Below, one piece after another: positions 1-10,900 of a stretch of DNA of 64,000 nucleotides (positions are counted from its first letter, which is position 1; each line of letters starts with the position of its first letter). A program made the translations under genes and the position numbers. Origin of the DNA: Antechinus flavipes (lineage: Eukaryota); the NCBI RefSeq assembly GCF_016432865.1, contig NC_067400.1, positions 615,660,001-615,724,000 of the forward strand. Reading direction: 5' to 3'. The notes below the pieces were generated by a model. The model was not told where the DNA came from. It searched no databases and saw only the letters and a program-made list of their open reading frames with translations.

Positions 1-1544
1 AAAATAAAAAAAATTATTAAAAAAAAAAAGCAGTTGGTTAATATAGGTTTGTTGATTGCCAGGTTTGGAGGCAAAAATGAACAGGCTATGTCCTCATAGT
101 GTTTACATTCCAATGGGGATAATCAGGAGTTTGCAAATGAATACAAAACAGAATAGTGTGGAGCGGGAGAGATTGTGGGAGAATCAGGTGGGTGGGGAAA
201 GCTACCTCAAGGAGAAGACGGGAGGCCCCTTGGGGAATGGTTACCCTAGAGGGATGAATAGAAGGCTTAGCTGGTAAATCCAGCAACCTCTGGCTTTGTT
301 TCTGAGGTTGAGGATGGAATGGGAGGGAGGGGGAAAAGGGAGAGAGGAACAAGCAGGTATTAAGCACCTACTACGTGCCGGGCAACTCGCTAAGCATTTT
401 ATGGATATTATTTCCTTTGATTTGGAGGATGGATTTAGAGTTGGTAGAGCCCCAGGGATTTTTTTTATCCCCAAATCTTGGCACGTGGTAAGTGCTTAAT
501 AATTACTTCTCCAATTGAATCTGGCCCAAGCACCTTATTTTACAGAAAGGGAAACTGGATCCCAGAGAAGGGATCCCTTATCAAAGGACACAAGTTGTGG
601 TAAGTGACTTTCCAGGACTTTAAATTCATGCTATTTCCAGTCCATTTTAAATTGCAAGAATATAGATAAAATCTAGGACTTTAAAAATCTAGGGACTTCA
701 AAGGCGATCTAGTAAAAACAAATAAAAACCATTTACAAACCAGGAATTTATGGCCCAAAGAAGACACCCAAGGTCCTACTCCTAGGGAGGTCACGCTATG
801 CTGGGATTAGAACCCAGAGCCTCTGTCTTTGAGCTCGGGCTTTTCCCATGCTACCAGACATGAATCAGCAAGAACAGAAATCTCACCTCCGGGTATGTAG
901 CAGAAGGAAGCCTCCTCCCCCACACCTCGTGCCAGGCCTGGGCTCCAGTAAAAATAAACAGACAAGTCAACAATTAGCAGACTTATGTAAGGATTGCCAA
1001 CCGGAACTGCTCTCTGCTGTCTCCAGCATCCCTCCAGGCCCTCAGGACTGACTGCCCGAACCAGGAGGTGGGCAGGGGCTGGTTTGGGTGGCCTCCATGC
1101 AATGACCCGGGTTTGAGAAGGCAGCTTTGCCTAGAAGGTTCCCACTTCATTGCCCCCTCCGGATTTTGCAACAGGGAGCTCCCCCGGGGTGGGGGGTGGG
1201 GTCCGGAGTGGAGAAGGGAGCTGTTCTTGCTGACTGAGAGGGCTTTGGATTGGGGCTCAGAAGGACCTTGAGAAGCCCCTTTTCTGAGGACGACTTCTTT
1301 ATTTGTAAAATGAAAGGAAGCTGTCATCTCCAGTCCCTTCAGTCCATGGTCCTCTGCAACCTTGTCCACGTTTGCATGTTGGCAGCGTGCCCCTGGTCCC
1401 GGACATTTACTGGGCGCCAGAAGGGCAGCTCTTCACAGAATGCAAGCTCCCTGCCCTCGTGGAGCTTACAGTCTAGGAGGGAATCAAGCCTTCTCCTACA
1501 AGGCTCCCATGGGGAAGTGCACAGAGCGCGGACTTGACCAGCGT

Positions 1545-2480
1545 TAGTCATTCTTCAGCTGCGTCCAGCTCTTTGTGACACCATTTGGCGTTTTCTTGGA
1601 AGACACTAGAGGGGTTTTCTGATTCCTTCTCCAAGACATTGTATAGAAACTGAGGCAACATCAATTGGAGAACGGCTGAATAAATTGTGGTATATGAATG
1701 TTATGGAATATTATTGTTCTGCAAGGAATGACCAGCAGGAGGATTTCAGAAAGGCCTAGAGAGACTTACAGGAACTGATGCTGAGGGAAATAAGCAGGAC
1801 CAGGAGATCATTATATACCTCAACAACAATACTATATGAGGATCAATTCTGATGGACGTGGCCCTCTCCAGCAATGAGATGAACCAAATCAGTTCCAATA
1901 GAGCAGCAATAAATTAAACCAGCTACACCCAGTGAAAGAACTCTGGGAGATGACTATGAACCACTACATAGAATTCCCAATCCCTCTGTTTTTGCCTGCC
2001 TGCATTTCTTATTTCCTTCACAGGCTAATAGTACATATTTCAAAGTCTGACTCTTTTTGTACAGCAAAATAACTGTTAGGACATGTATATTTATATTGTA
2101 TTTAATTTATACTTTAACATACTTAACATGTATTGGTCAACCTGCCGTCTTGGGGAGAGGTGGGGAGAAAGAGGGAAAAAGTTGGAACAAAAAGTTTTGC
2201 AATTGTCAATGGTGAAAAATTACCCATGCATATATCTTGTAAATAAAAAGCTATAATATAATTTAAAAAAATACTACCAATAAAATGGGATACCTTTTTT
2301 AAAAATTAATGAGAGTATATGCACTGAAAATGAATATAAATTCAAATGTAAGTTCAAATTAAAACAAAGAAACTGAGGCAAACAGGGCGCAGTGACTTGT
2401 GAAGGGGTCACCCAGCTGCTAAGTATCTGAGGCTGGATCCTGATTCTGGGGCTAGCACTCTATTCACTGCAGCGCCACCT
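1545..2480 (-). mobile_element. MAR1-like marsupial CORE-SINE split in two (about 1545-1658 and 2368-2480) by an L1 insertion
   Basis: RTE-type tail (cagctctttgtgacaccatttggcgttttcttgg) followed by the core agaaactgaggcaaacaggg...gtgacttg...gggtcacccagct. AGAAACTGAGGCAA occurs at both 1645-1658 and 2368-2381. Family name is from recall. Confidence 0.7.
1659..2270 (+). mobile_element. 5'-truncated marsupial LINE-1: ORF2 C-terminus plus 3'UTR and A-rich tail
   Basis: aattggagaacggctgaataaattgtggtatatgaatgttatggaatattattg encodes the L1 ORF2 C-terminal motif (WLNKLWY..MEYY). Ends in AATAAA and an A-rich tail. Flanked by a 14-bp TSD. Confidence 0.85.
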
Positions 2481-2704
2481 AATGACCAGCTAGATCTCTT
2501 AGCTGCCCAATCCCCTGTCAATCACTCTCCTTGACAAAGAGGGGGACAACATATACACAACTATGTACAGGCAAGAAGCAAAATCAGGTTAAATCAAGAG
2601 AGAGAAGGGTTCAGGAACAGAAGGAGGGATGCAGATATGAAAGAAAGTAGTGAAAATGCTGCCTAAGCCACTGGAGGTTCAGAAACTTAAGCACTCTGGA
2701 GTAG

Positions 2705-2866
2705 TATTTTTGTTTTTGTTTTTCTTTTTTCTGAGGCAATTGGGGTTAAATGACTTGCTTGGGGTCACACAGCTAGGAAGTGTGAGTGTCTGAGGCTGGA
2801 TTTGAACTCAGGTCCTCCTGACGTCAGGGCTGGTGCTCTACCCACTACAACAACTAGCTGCCCCCG
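2705..2866 (-). mobile_element. WSINE1/SINE1-type tRNA-derived marsupial SINE
   Basis: The reverse complement reads ggggcagctagttg...gagcaccagccctgacgtcaggaggacctgagttcaaatccagcctcagac...gctgtgtgacc...aaccccaattgcctc, followed by an A-rich tail. Confidence 0.8.
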
Positions 2867-3328
2867 TGGGCATTTTCACTACCAACTTCCACACCTGGAA
2901 TGCTCTTCCTCTGTAATTCTGCCTCCCAGCTTCAAGACCCACCTTCTACAGGGAGCCTTTCTAGAACCTTCCCTCTTGATTTCCTCTGTACATAGTTATT
3001 TGTATGCTATCTCCCTCATTAGATTGTGAATTCCTTGAGGGCCGGGATTGTTTTCTTTGAATATTTGTCCCCGCCTAGCTTAGCCCAAGTGCCTAGCACA
3101 TAGTAGGCAATTTATAAATGACTCCAATTGCATTATGTCCTCCTCTTAGAGGCCTTTGAATCGAAATCCCTTGTTTTATAGGTGAAGAAACCGAGACCTT
3201 GAGAAGCTGAGTGACTTGTCCAGGGTCACACAGTAAGCACTCTGTCCCTAACGGCAAAGGGAGGCTAGGAGGCGAGACCAGTTCTGCGGGAGCCTCCGGG
3301 CTTCACCCTGGAGGGCATTCTAAACGAG

Positions 3329-3914
3329 CCAATCAGAGCGAGCCCTTCTGAAAGCCAATGGGAGAAGAAGCCCATGGGCAGAGAGGGGAAATAGACCAAT
3401 TAGAATGAACTTTTGTAGGCGGACTCTGCTGGGCCGCTCCAAGGCGAAGGGGAGGATCTTGATCTCTCCCACCCCGGGGTTTAGGGTTCCTTCTAAGGGG
3501 TCACGCCCCCGACCTCGGAGCGGGTCTGAATCTTGGGGACTACCTTTATTCTCCCGGAGAATTACGCAGGGGGGGAGGGTGTGTGCTTTCAGGACTACAC
3601 TTCCCAGAATGCAAGCCTGGGCATCTTAGCCTAAGAGGAGGCCACTGGGCTTCCTTATAGGCTCGCCCGAGGCCGTCACAAAGCTAGGAGGCGACAAAGT
3701 GGCATTTAAACGTGGGACCTCGGATTGCTACTACTGAGCTCTTTCCGCTACTCGCGGCCTTCGGGAAGCCGTGGGGAAATGGTGCCCCCTGGTGTCCAAG
3801 CTCGTGCTACTAGAACTATGACTCCCGGGACGAGAGGAGCTGGGAAGAGCGGAGCATGCTGGGAAGGGAGAGACGGCGCTCCAATGCCCACCGCCCTGAA
3901 CTACAAATCCCAGC
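3329..3914 (+). promoter_or_regulatory. AP2S1 promoter: CCAAT boxes and ZNF143/THAP11-type ACTACA-N-TCCCA motifs
   Basis: CCAAT at 3329, 3355, 3396 and 3881. ACTACACTTCCCAGAATGC at 3594-3612, GCATGCTGGGAA (reverse) at 3854-3865, ACTACAAATCCCAGC at 3900-3914. CpG-rich and immediately upstream of the AP2S1 ATG. Confidence 0.7.
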
Positions 3915-4068
3915 GACTGCCGCGCGGAAGGGAGGTGTCGTACCGGATGTCCGTTTCGGCTGGGGCCCGGAGAGCAGCCTGAAGCCGCGGCTTTGGAAGT
4001 CACCCAGCCTCCGCGGGACCCCGGAGATCGGGGAGATCGGGGTGGGGGCTCGACCCCGAGGGATCACC

Positions 4069-7000
4069 ATGGTAACGGGGATCACGCGGGCAAGAATCCT
4101 TGGGCCATGTCAGTCTTCTCTGACTCCTCTATTCCCCCCCCCCCGCACCTCCCCCCAGGCCGGGTCCGTTGGTTCTGACCGCGTCCTGGAGTAACGGAGT
4201 CGGGATGGACCACGGAGGAGTGGAAGGGGGAAACAGAGAAGGCCTTCAGTGTGGGGGAGGGGCGGGCGCGGAGAACCAGCTATCTGGCCGGGAGCTTGAG
4301 ACCTGCAAAACACCTGGAGGGGGAGGGGTGTTTGAGACCAGGAAGACACCGGGAGGGGGGGGGGGTGTTTGAGACCAGGAAGACACCGGGAGGGGGGGGG
4401 GGTGTTTGGGATTTAGGGACGTTGAAGATCCCGGGAGGGGGAAGGGACTTTGGGACTTAGAAGACACCTGGAGGGGGAGGAGGAGCTTGAGTTTTGGGGA
4501 CCCAGAAGACACCGGGAGGGGGAGGAAGAACTTGGGACTTTGACTTAGAAGGCACCGGTAGGGGGAGGGGGAGCTTGGGTCTTTGGGACCTAGAGAGCCC
4601 TTAGGGAGGGAGGGGGATCATGGGTCTCAGGGACCTAGAAGGCCCCTGGAAGGGGAGGGGAAGGGAGCTGGCAACCTTGAGGGGAGGGCGGGGAACTTAG
4701 AAAGTGGGACCCTGAATAGCTGAGGAGGAAGTGTAGAATTTGGAGACATGAAGGGGGAGTTTAAGCTGGGACCCTGAAAGGAAGAGAAGGGAGCGTAGAA
4801 GCCTCCAGCCCGGGAGGGCCACGAAGAGCTTTAGGAGCTGTTGAGCCCAGGGAGAGGGTGGGCTCTGGGGCCTGCCGCTAAGAAGAGCCCAGCCCCCTCC
4901 CCGGCCCTTGGGGCTCTTCCTCACTTCCCCAGGGCTGGGCTAGTTCCTGGCCATGGTAGGAAGCAGTTCCCCTGAGCTCAGCAGCAGGAGGTTGAAGCCA
5001 GTGTCCCCCGGGCAGCTGAGCTGGTGACTCAGACCCAGCAATTACAGAGCAGCAGAAATCCGCCCCCAGCTCAGAGCCCCGAAGCTTGAGGGGGGCGTCC
5101 CCCCAAGTCTCACGCCGCCTCCCTTCCAGGCTTTGCCCGGGCCTCCCCCTCTCCTCTCTGCTCATGGCTTCCTGTCCTGTCTCTTGTCAGATCCGATTCA
5201 TTCTCATCCAGAACCGAGCGGGCAAGACCCGCCTGGCCAAGTGGTACATGCAGTTTGACGATGATGAGAAGCAGAAGCTGATTGAGGAGGTCCACGCTGT
5301 TGTCACAGTCCGAGACGCTAAGCACACCAACTTTGTGGAGGTGAACGCGCCCCCCCCCCCCGCCCCCACCCCACAGCCTCCTCTTCTGGAAGGATGTTGA
5401 GAAGGCAGATGGGGGGAGGGGGTACAGGAAGTTTAATCCAGCCTCAGTTTCCTCATCTGTAAAATGGGAATTGAATAGGGCCTGCCTCCCAGGGTAGTAT
5501 CAAATGAGATATTTGTAAAATGTTTTGCTGACACAAAAGCTTCCTATGTGAGTGTTAGTTCTTGTGTTAAAAGCTGGCACAGAGGGCAGGGAGGTGGCAC
5601 AGTGGATAGAGCATCAGCCCAGAGTCGGGAGGATCTGAGTTCAAGTGTAACTCCAGATACTTGACACTTATGAGCTGTGTGACCCTGGACGGCTCACCGA
5701 ACTCCGACTGCCTCGGGAAAAAAGCCGCTCCGTATTGGGGTCATCGCCCTGAGTGCCAGTAGGGAAGGCCTGGGCAGCGCAGAAGACTCGGGGGACACTG
5801 CCTCGGTCTGTAAGGGGTGCGTGGAGGAAGCTTGACCTTAAGGGGATCTTGCTGACTGGCAGGTCTGGGTTCTGTGGAGGAAAACCGTCTCCATGTGCAC
5901 GCTGTCCCAGCTGGAATGGGCTCCCCAGTGGCAGATGCTGGAGGGGTCCCGAACCACCACGAGTCAACCCTTCTTTCAGCGAGGATTTATTACGGCCACT
6001 GGGGCTGTCCCCAGGCGCAGGGGCTGGGCCCGGTGGAGAGCCCCGAGATTGGGTCTGCCTGGATGTGCCCCTCCCGCCTCGGCTGTGAAACACTTCCCAC
6101 GAGTGGGTCAGCTGGGCCTTCTGTGGCCTGCGGGAGCGAGGCTTCCTGCGGGCAGAGCCTGGGCGCCTTTGGGGCCCTCCTGTGCCCGGCACTGGCTCAG
6201 TGCCAGCCCCGAACCTGCCCTATTTTATCGGGCTGTGCTGTGGAGGTGGGTTACAAGAGTGAGCCTCCGGCAGCTTAACTTCTCCCGAGGCGCTCACGGC
6301 CTTGGGTGCATTCGTAGGAGATGCTGGTATAAGGGCACTTTAGCCAAGACAGTCTCCCCAGCTGGGGGGGGGGGGGGGCTTGGGGGGCCTGAGGAGCTGT
6401 CCAGGCCATGGACAGAAGTGAAGTCTCATTAGGAGGATAAGGACGGGGGAGGGAGCAGGGCAGGGTCAGAGAGCAGTGCGGGACCCCGCGCTGCCCCTCT
6501 GGCCACCTGGGAGCTTGGGCTCTGCCTCCTGGGCCTCCCATCCATCTGTCCCCCAGGCTTCTTGCCCTGCCCCTCCCACCTGGAGCGCCTCGCTGCAGTT
6601 ACCAGGTGGGCCACAAGGTGGCGGTGCTCCTACAGCGAGCCCTGGGCAGGGAGGGGGAGACAGGAGGAGGGATGGAGGTGAGAGAAGAGGAGAGAGGAAC
6701 CATGGTCCTTTCCTAGCACTGAACCCGAGGGTGCCGTGGGACGGGGAAGCCTTTCTCCTGCTCTGCCGTGGGACCCTGGCCCCCACTCTGAGCCCGGGGC
6801 CGTGCAAAGGGCCGGTCAGACCTGCTGTCCTTTGGAGCCTCCCGGGGCTGTCTGCCTGCTTCTGTCTCTCCCCGCCCCCCCCCCTTTCCCTCTATCTCCT
6901 CTCTGTCTGTTCCCTCCGTTTCTTCTCTCTGACTCTTCCCCTTCTCTGTCTTCCCTCTCCCCTTCTCTCCATCTCTGCCCCTTGGCCCCAGTGACCGCCC

Positions 7001-7673
7001 ACTTGTGCCGGGCCTGTGCCCGGTGAGGGGCTGGCTGCAGTGGCCCTGGCGGCCCTCGTGGCCCTGACCTCCGGTTTCTCTCCTCCCTTACCTCCAGTTC
7101 CGCAACTTCAAGATCATTTATCGCCGTTACGCCGGCCTCTACTTCTGCATCTGTGTGGATGTCAACGACAACAACCTGGCCTACCTGGAGGCCATCCACA
7201 ACTTTGTGGAGGTGGGCCCGGGGGTAGGGGAGGGGGGCAGGGAGGTCAGCAAGGTCCCAGCATGGGGCTGGGGGAGCATCCTGGCTTGGGGGCGGTGGGC
7301 TGGCCCTGCTTTTTGACCACATCAGCTTCCATCCTATCCCTCCGGCTCCCGAGTCCTCACTGCCTCTGTTTCCCTGCCTCTTAGGTCTTAAATGAGTATT
7401 TCCACAATGTCTGTGAGCTGGACCTCGTCTTCAATTTCTACAAGGTAGGGAGCCCTGGGGTGCGGGGGGCCCCGATCCGGATTCCCCCCTCCCCCCGGAG
7501 GAGTCGGCTGAGGCGAGGGGCTCCCCAGACCTGCTCGCCCTCGGGCCCAGCCCCTGTCCCTCTGTCTGCAGGTTTACACGGTGGTGGACGAGATGTTCCT
7601 GGCCGGGGAGATCCGAGAGACCAGCCAAACAAAGGTGCTGAAGCAGCTCTTGATGCTGCAGTCCCTGGAGTGA
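4069..7673 (+). CDS. AP2S1: AP-2 complex subunit sigma (142 aa). Exons 4069-4071 (ATG only), 5191-5340, 7098-7211, 7385-7444, 7572-7673
   Basis: The spliced product [20 protein letters not shown]...[16 protein letters not shown]...[20 protein letters not shown]...[12 protein letters not shown] matches human AP2S1 as recalled. All introns are GT-AG and phase 0. Confidence 0.98.
4297..4640 (+). repeat. G-rich degenerate ~40-bp tandem repeat in AP2S1 intron 1
   Basis: gagaccaggaagacaccgggaggggggggggggtgttt occurs twice, followed by several diverged gggacy-agaag-cacc-ggagggg units. Confidence 0.7.
5585..5722 (+). mobile_element. WSINE1-like SINE in AP2S1 intron 2
   Basis: gggcagggaggtggcacagtggatagagcatcagccc...gaggatctgagttcaag (A/B boxes)...gctgtgtgaccctgg...tgcctcgggaaaaaa. 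Confidence 0.75.
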
Positions 7674-7924
7674 GGGGGCCCGGCTGGGCCCCACCCTGCC
7701 CCCACCCCTCTGTCCTCCCCCTCCCCCAGCAGATGCTCCGAGTTTACCGTCTGGGACGGCGGGACCACACCCTGGCCGGGATCAGGAGGAGGGGAGCCCC
7801 TTGTGTGTGGTGCCATAGCCCCTGGAACCCTGCGGTCACGGCAGCGCCGCCGTGAGCATGTGAGCGAGCCCGTGTGTCTGCGTCCGCGTGCGTGTATGTA
7901 CATATGTGTGTACCTGGAGCTCCC

Positions 7925-7930
7925 AATAAA
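7925..7930 (+). terminator. AP2S1 polyadenylation signal AATAAA
   Basis: First AATAAA after the AP2S1 stop (about 250 nt downstream), followed by GT-containing sequence. Confidence 0.8.
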
Positions 7931-10900
7931 GTTGTGGACCCGGCCCGCCCAGCCCCTCTCGCCGCGCCGTCTCCCCCTGGGATCAGCCTCTTCCTGGGCC
8001 CTTTCTCCGCTTTCCCAGCCTCCTCTCGGTGCCTCCGTCTGGGCGTCCCCGGGCCTTTTAGGAACAACTCTGGGGCCTCGGAGAGACCCTCTACCCCAGC
8101 CCTGGCCCCCTGGCTTTGCAGGGCTGGAAATGGAGGCCGACATCAGAGCCACGCTCGGCCCGGCCCGCGGCGCCTCTTACCAGACTCCCATCCCCACCCC
8201 CCGGGGTCTCCCGGGCGCCATCTCTGGCCTCGGCCTGTGGCTTTCTGCAGGTTCTCCACGTCCCCTCAGCGATGGGTGGAAGGGACCGAGAAGGGGAAGC
8301 TCCTCCCCCTGCCCAGCTGGCACCCGCACACCTGGCCGGGGAGGGGGGAGGGAAGGGGGGGGAACCTTGGGGCCTGGCCAGGTGGCAGCCCCGGGAGCTT
8401 TGAGGTCCTGAATGATGCAACTTGGGGCAAGGTTGGGAGAGAATGGAGGCCGAGGGCCCGGGCCCTTCAGCCAGGAGCTCAGTGGGGCACAGGAGGCAGC
8501 TGGCCGAGCCTGGGAATGAGGCGGAGGGGCCGGGTCCGAGTGCTCGGACCTCCAGGCTTCTCTGGCCCTCGGGCCTGACTAGCCCCTGGAGGGGGCCCTC
8601 GTGGTCTCGAGTACACGCTGCTGTAGACCATGGCAAAGGCTGGATGGACTCGGTCTGGGGACAGCCCGGGGAGGGGAAGAAGGCGGCGCCTCCTCAGACT
8701 GGCCAAGATGGGTCCAGGGGTCCCAGAGGAGTCTTATCGCTTGGTGAATCTGCCCCACCCCCCGGGGGGGCAGGAGGGCCCGGGTGCTTGGCCCTGCTCT
8801 AGGATTTCAGGTTGTCAGGGGAGGAGTCTCTTTGAGGGCTCCCACCTTGCCGGGGCACCTGGTGGCACAGGACGAAGAGCTCGAACCCGGCCACGACTCC
8901 AGCGGTGTGACCCCTCCCCAGAAGGTCACTTAATCTCCCTCAGCTTTTTCTTCTGTGAAATGGGCTTAAGAAATAGCTGTAGGCTCTCAGCAATGTTGGG
9001 AGGCTCTGGAAGCAGCACATAGGTCATCATTCTCATGCCCCGGCAGCCTCTGTTTTCCTCGCATCTAGTTCCGTCCCCACCCCCCAGAGAAACCAGGAGC
9101 TGCCTCCTCCCCAAGGGCAGTGGGCCGAGGAGGAGGAGATGCTGGCTGAGGGCCTGCCCTGGCGAGATCCGAGCCACGCCTTGCCTCCCTGTGCCAGTCT
9201 GAGGACAGCCTGCTGCATGGGGGGCCGAGATGGGGTCCCCCCCAGCCCAGGGAGGGCACAGCTGCCTGGCACTTGGGCCTGGAGATCCAAAGGCAGCTTT
9301 TGGGGAATAAGGATCAAGGCAGGGTCGAGCCTGGAAGGTGGGGCCGGTTTAGGATCACCATCGTCCCCCCTCCTCAGGGACTGGTTAACAAAGTCTGGAC
9401 AAGGTCTGCTTCTGGGAGGGGAGCTGTAGGCCGGGGGAGATCATGGGCAGGTGCTCACATTCCCCTCCCCAGAAGGGTGGTCAAAGTTGGGGAGCAGCTT
9501 CCTGCTGGGACTGAGACTAGCGGGGCCGGGGTGTTCCAGAAGCTGGCCGAGGAAGCCCCGTCGGGCCTGGGGCGAGTGGAGGACAGAACCCCTTTGTCCC
9601 CCGCACTTGCAAGCACCCCACTTCCTGCTGACCCTGCTCACACCCCAGGGAGTTTAGGGAGGATAAGATGGTGACTCCCGCTTCTCCAAGGTTTTATTCA
9701 CCCAAGAACCCTCTTGGGAGACAGGGCAGAGGGATGTCGGGAGTCTCGCTCTAGGGTGGCGACTGAGAAGGCAAGGGGCGGACGGAGTCCCTGCCCCACC
9801 CACTGACCAGCGCTGGGCCCTCTCCAGCTCCTTTCATCCCGGACCTCAAAGCTCGGGCCAGGCAGGCTTCCTGACTCCAGCTGCCCTTTGAAAGGGTGGA
9901 GGGGAGGAGCGAGGCCTCTGAAGTGGTTAGGTCAGATGCACCCTGGGCCCGGCAGCTGCGCTTGGGAGGGGAAGGCTGGCCCAGGAGGCAGGGTTCCAGG
10001 CGCTTCCCCTCCCTCTGGCCCGTGCCCCCAGGTTTCTTGTGGACAACACCCCCACCCCGCCCGCCTGGAGCCTCTTCCCTCCTCGGCTGGCGGCCCCTTC
10101 GCTTCCGCCCCCATCTCAGCCTCGACTTCCTCCCTGGGGAGAACCTTTTCGCCCCTTAATGCCCCCCTGAACCCCCTCCTGACCCAGCAGGCCCTCGGCA
10201 CTTCCAAGAATGTGGGGATCTCAGTAGTAGACTTGGGTTTGGAAAGTTCTAGGGTCCCAGAACTTCTGCCTGAAGGCGGATTCATCCATGCCCCGAGACC
10301 CTGGGCTGCCAGAGGCCACGCAGGAAGTGGAGCGGACCCAGGCCCCGGTTACCTGACCTGCAGGCCAAGGCCTCCCCCCACGCCGCCTGTGGGCAGGTCC
10401 CCTGCTAGGAGAGACGGGAGGTGAGGGAGGGAGGGGCCGGGGCAGAGAAGGCAGGTTGTACGTGGGGGGCCACTGATGGGGTCGGTTTTCTCCTGAGTCA
10501 CCCGGAGGAGGAGAGGAAGAGGGATTGCTCGGGAATCTTGCTGAGGATGAGGGTTGTCATGGTGACTGTCTCTTTCCCTCAAACTAGGAGTAGGGCAGGG
10601 CCCCTCTGTTTCTATGGAAACAGATCCAGGCCTTGCAGCATCTCCTGGTGTCCGAGACAGCGGGCTTGGGGAACGTGCCCCATTCCCCCCTGGCTGGGAT
10701 CCAGACCTCGCCCTCTCCTCCAAGGGCTTTTTGTGAAAGGAATGTGGCGGAGCGAGCCAGGGGCCAGGAGTCCAGAGGCCGGTTCTGACCTTGGGGATCA
10801 CGTGACATGGGGCGGTGTCCCTGGACTGTGCCAAAGTCCTGGGGGAGGCAGGGGACCAGTCAGTCACCTCGGTGGCTCCGAGAGAGCCCCTTACCTGCTG

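Noticed and set aside
4063-4076. X-box-like ATCACCATGGTAAC over the AP2S1 start
   Set aside because: Fully explained by the Kozak CACCATGG joined to the donor GTAAC. It is a single imperfect site.
5585-5722. tRNA-like A/B boxes here and in other SINE heads
   Set aside because: These are SINE-derived and cannot form a cloverleaf. No tRNA gene is called.
5668-7030. Multiple 110-180 aa ORFs in AP2S1 intron 2 (and similar ones in STRN4/PRKD2 introns)
   Set aside because: Pro/Gly/Arg-rich, overlapping in several frames with no domain signal. Expected by chance in ~70% GC DNA.
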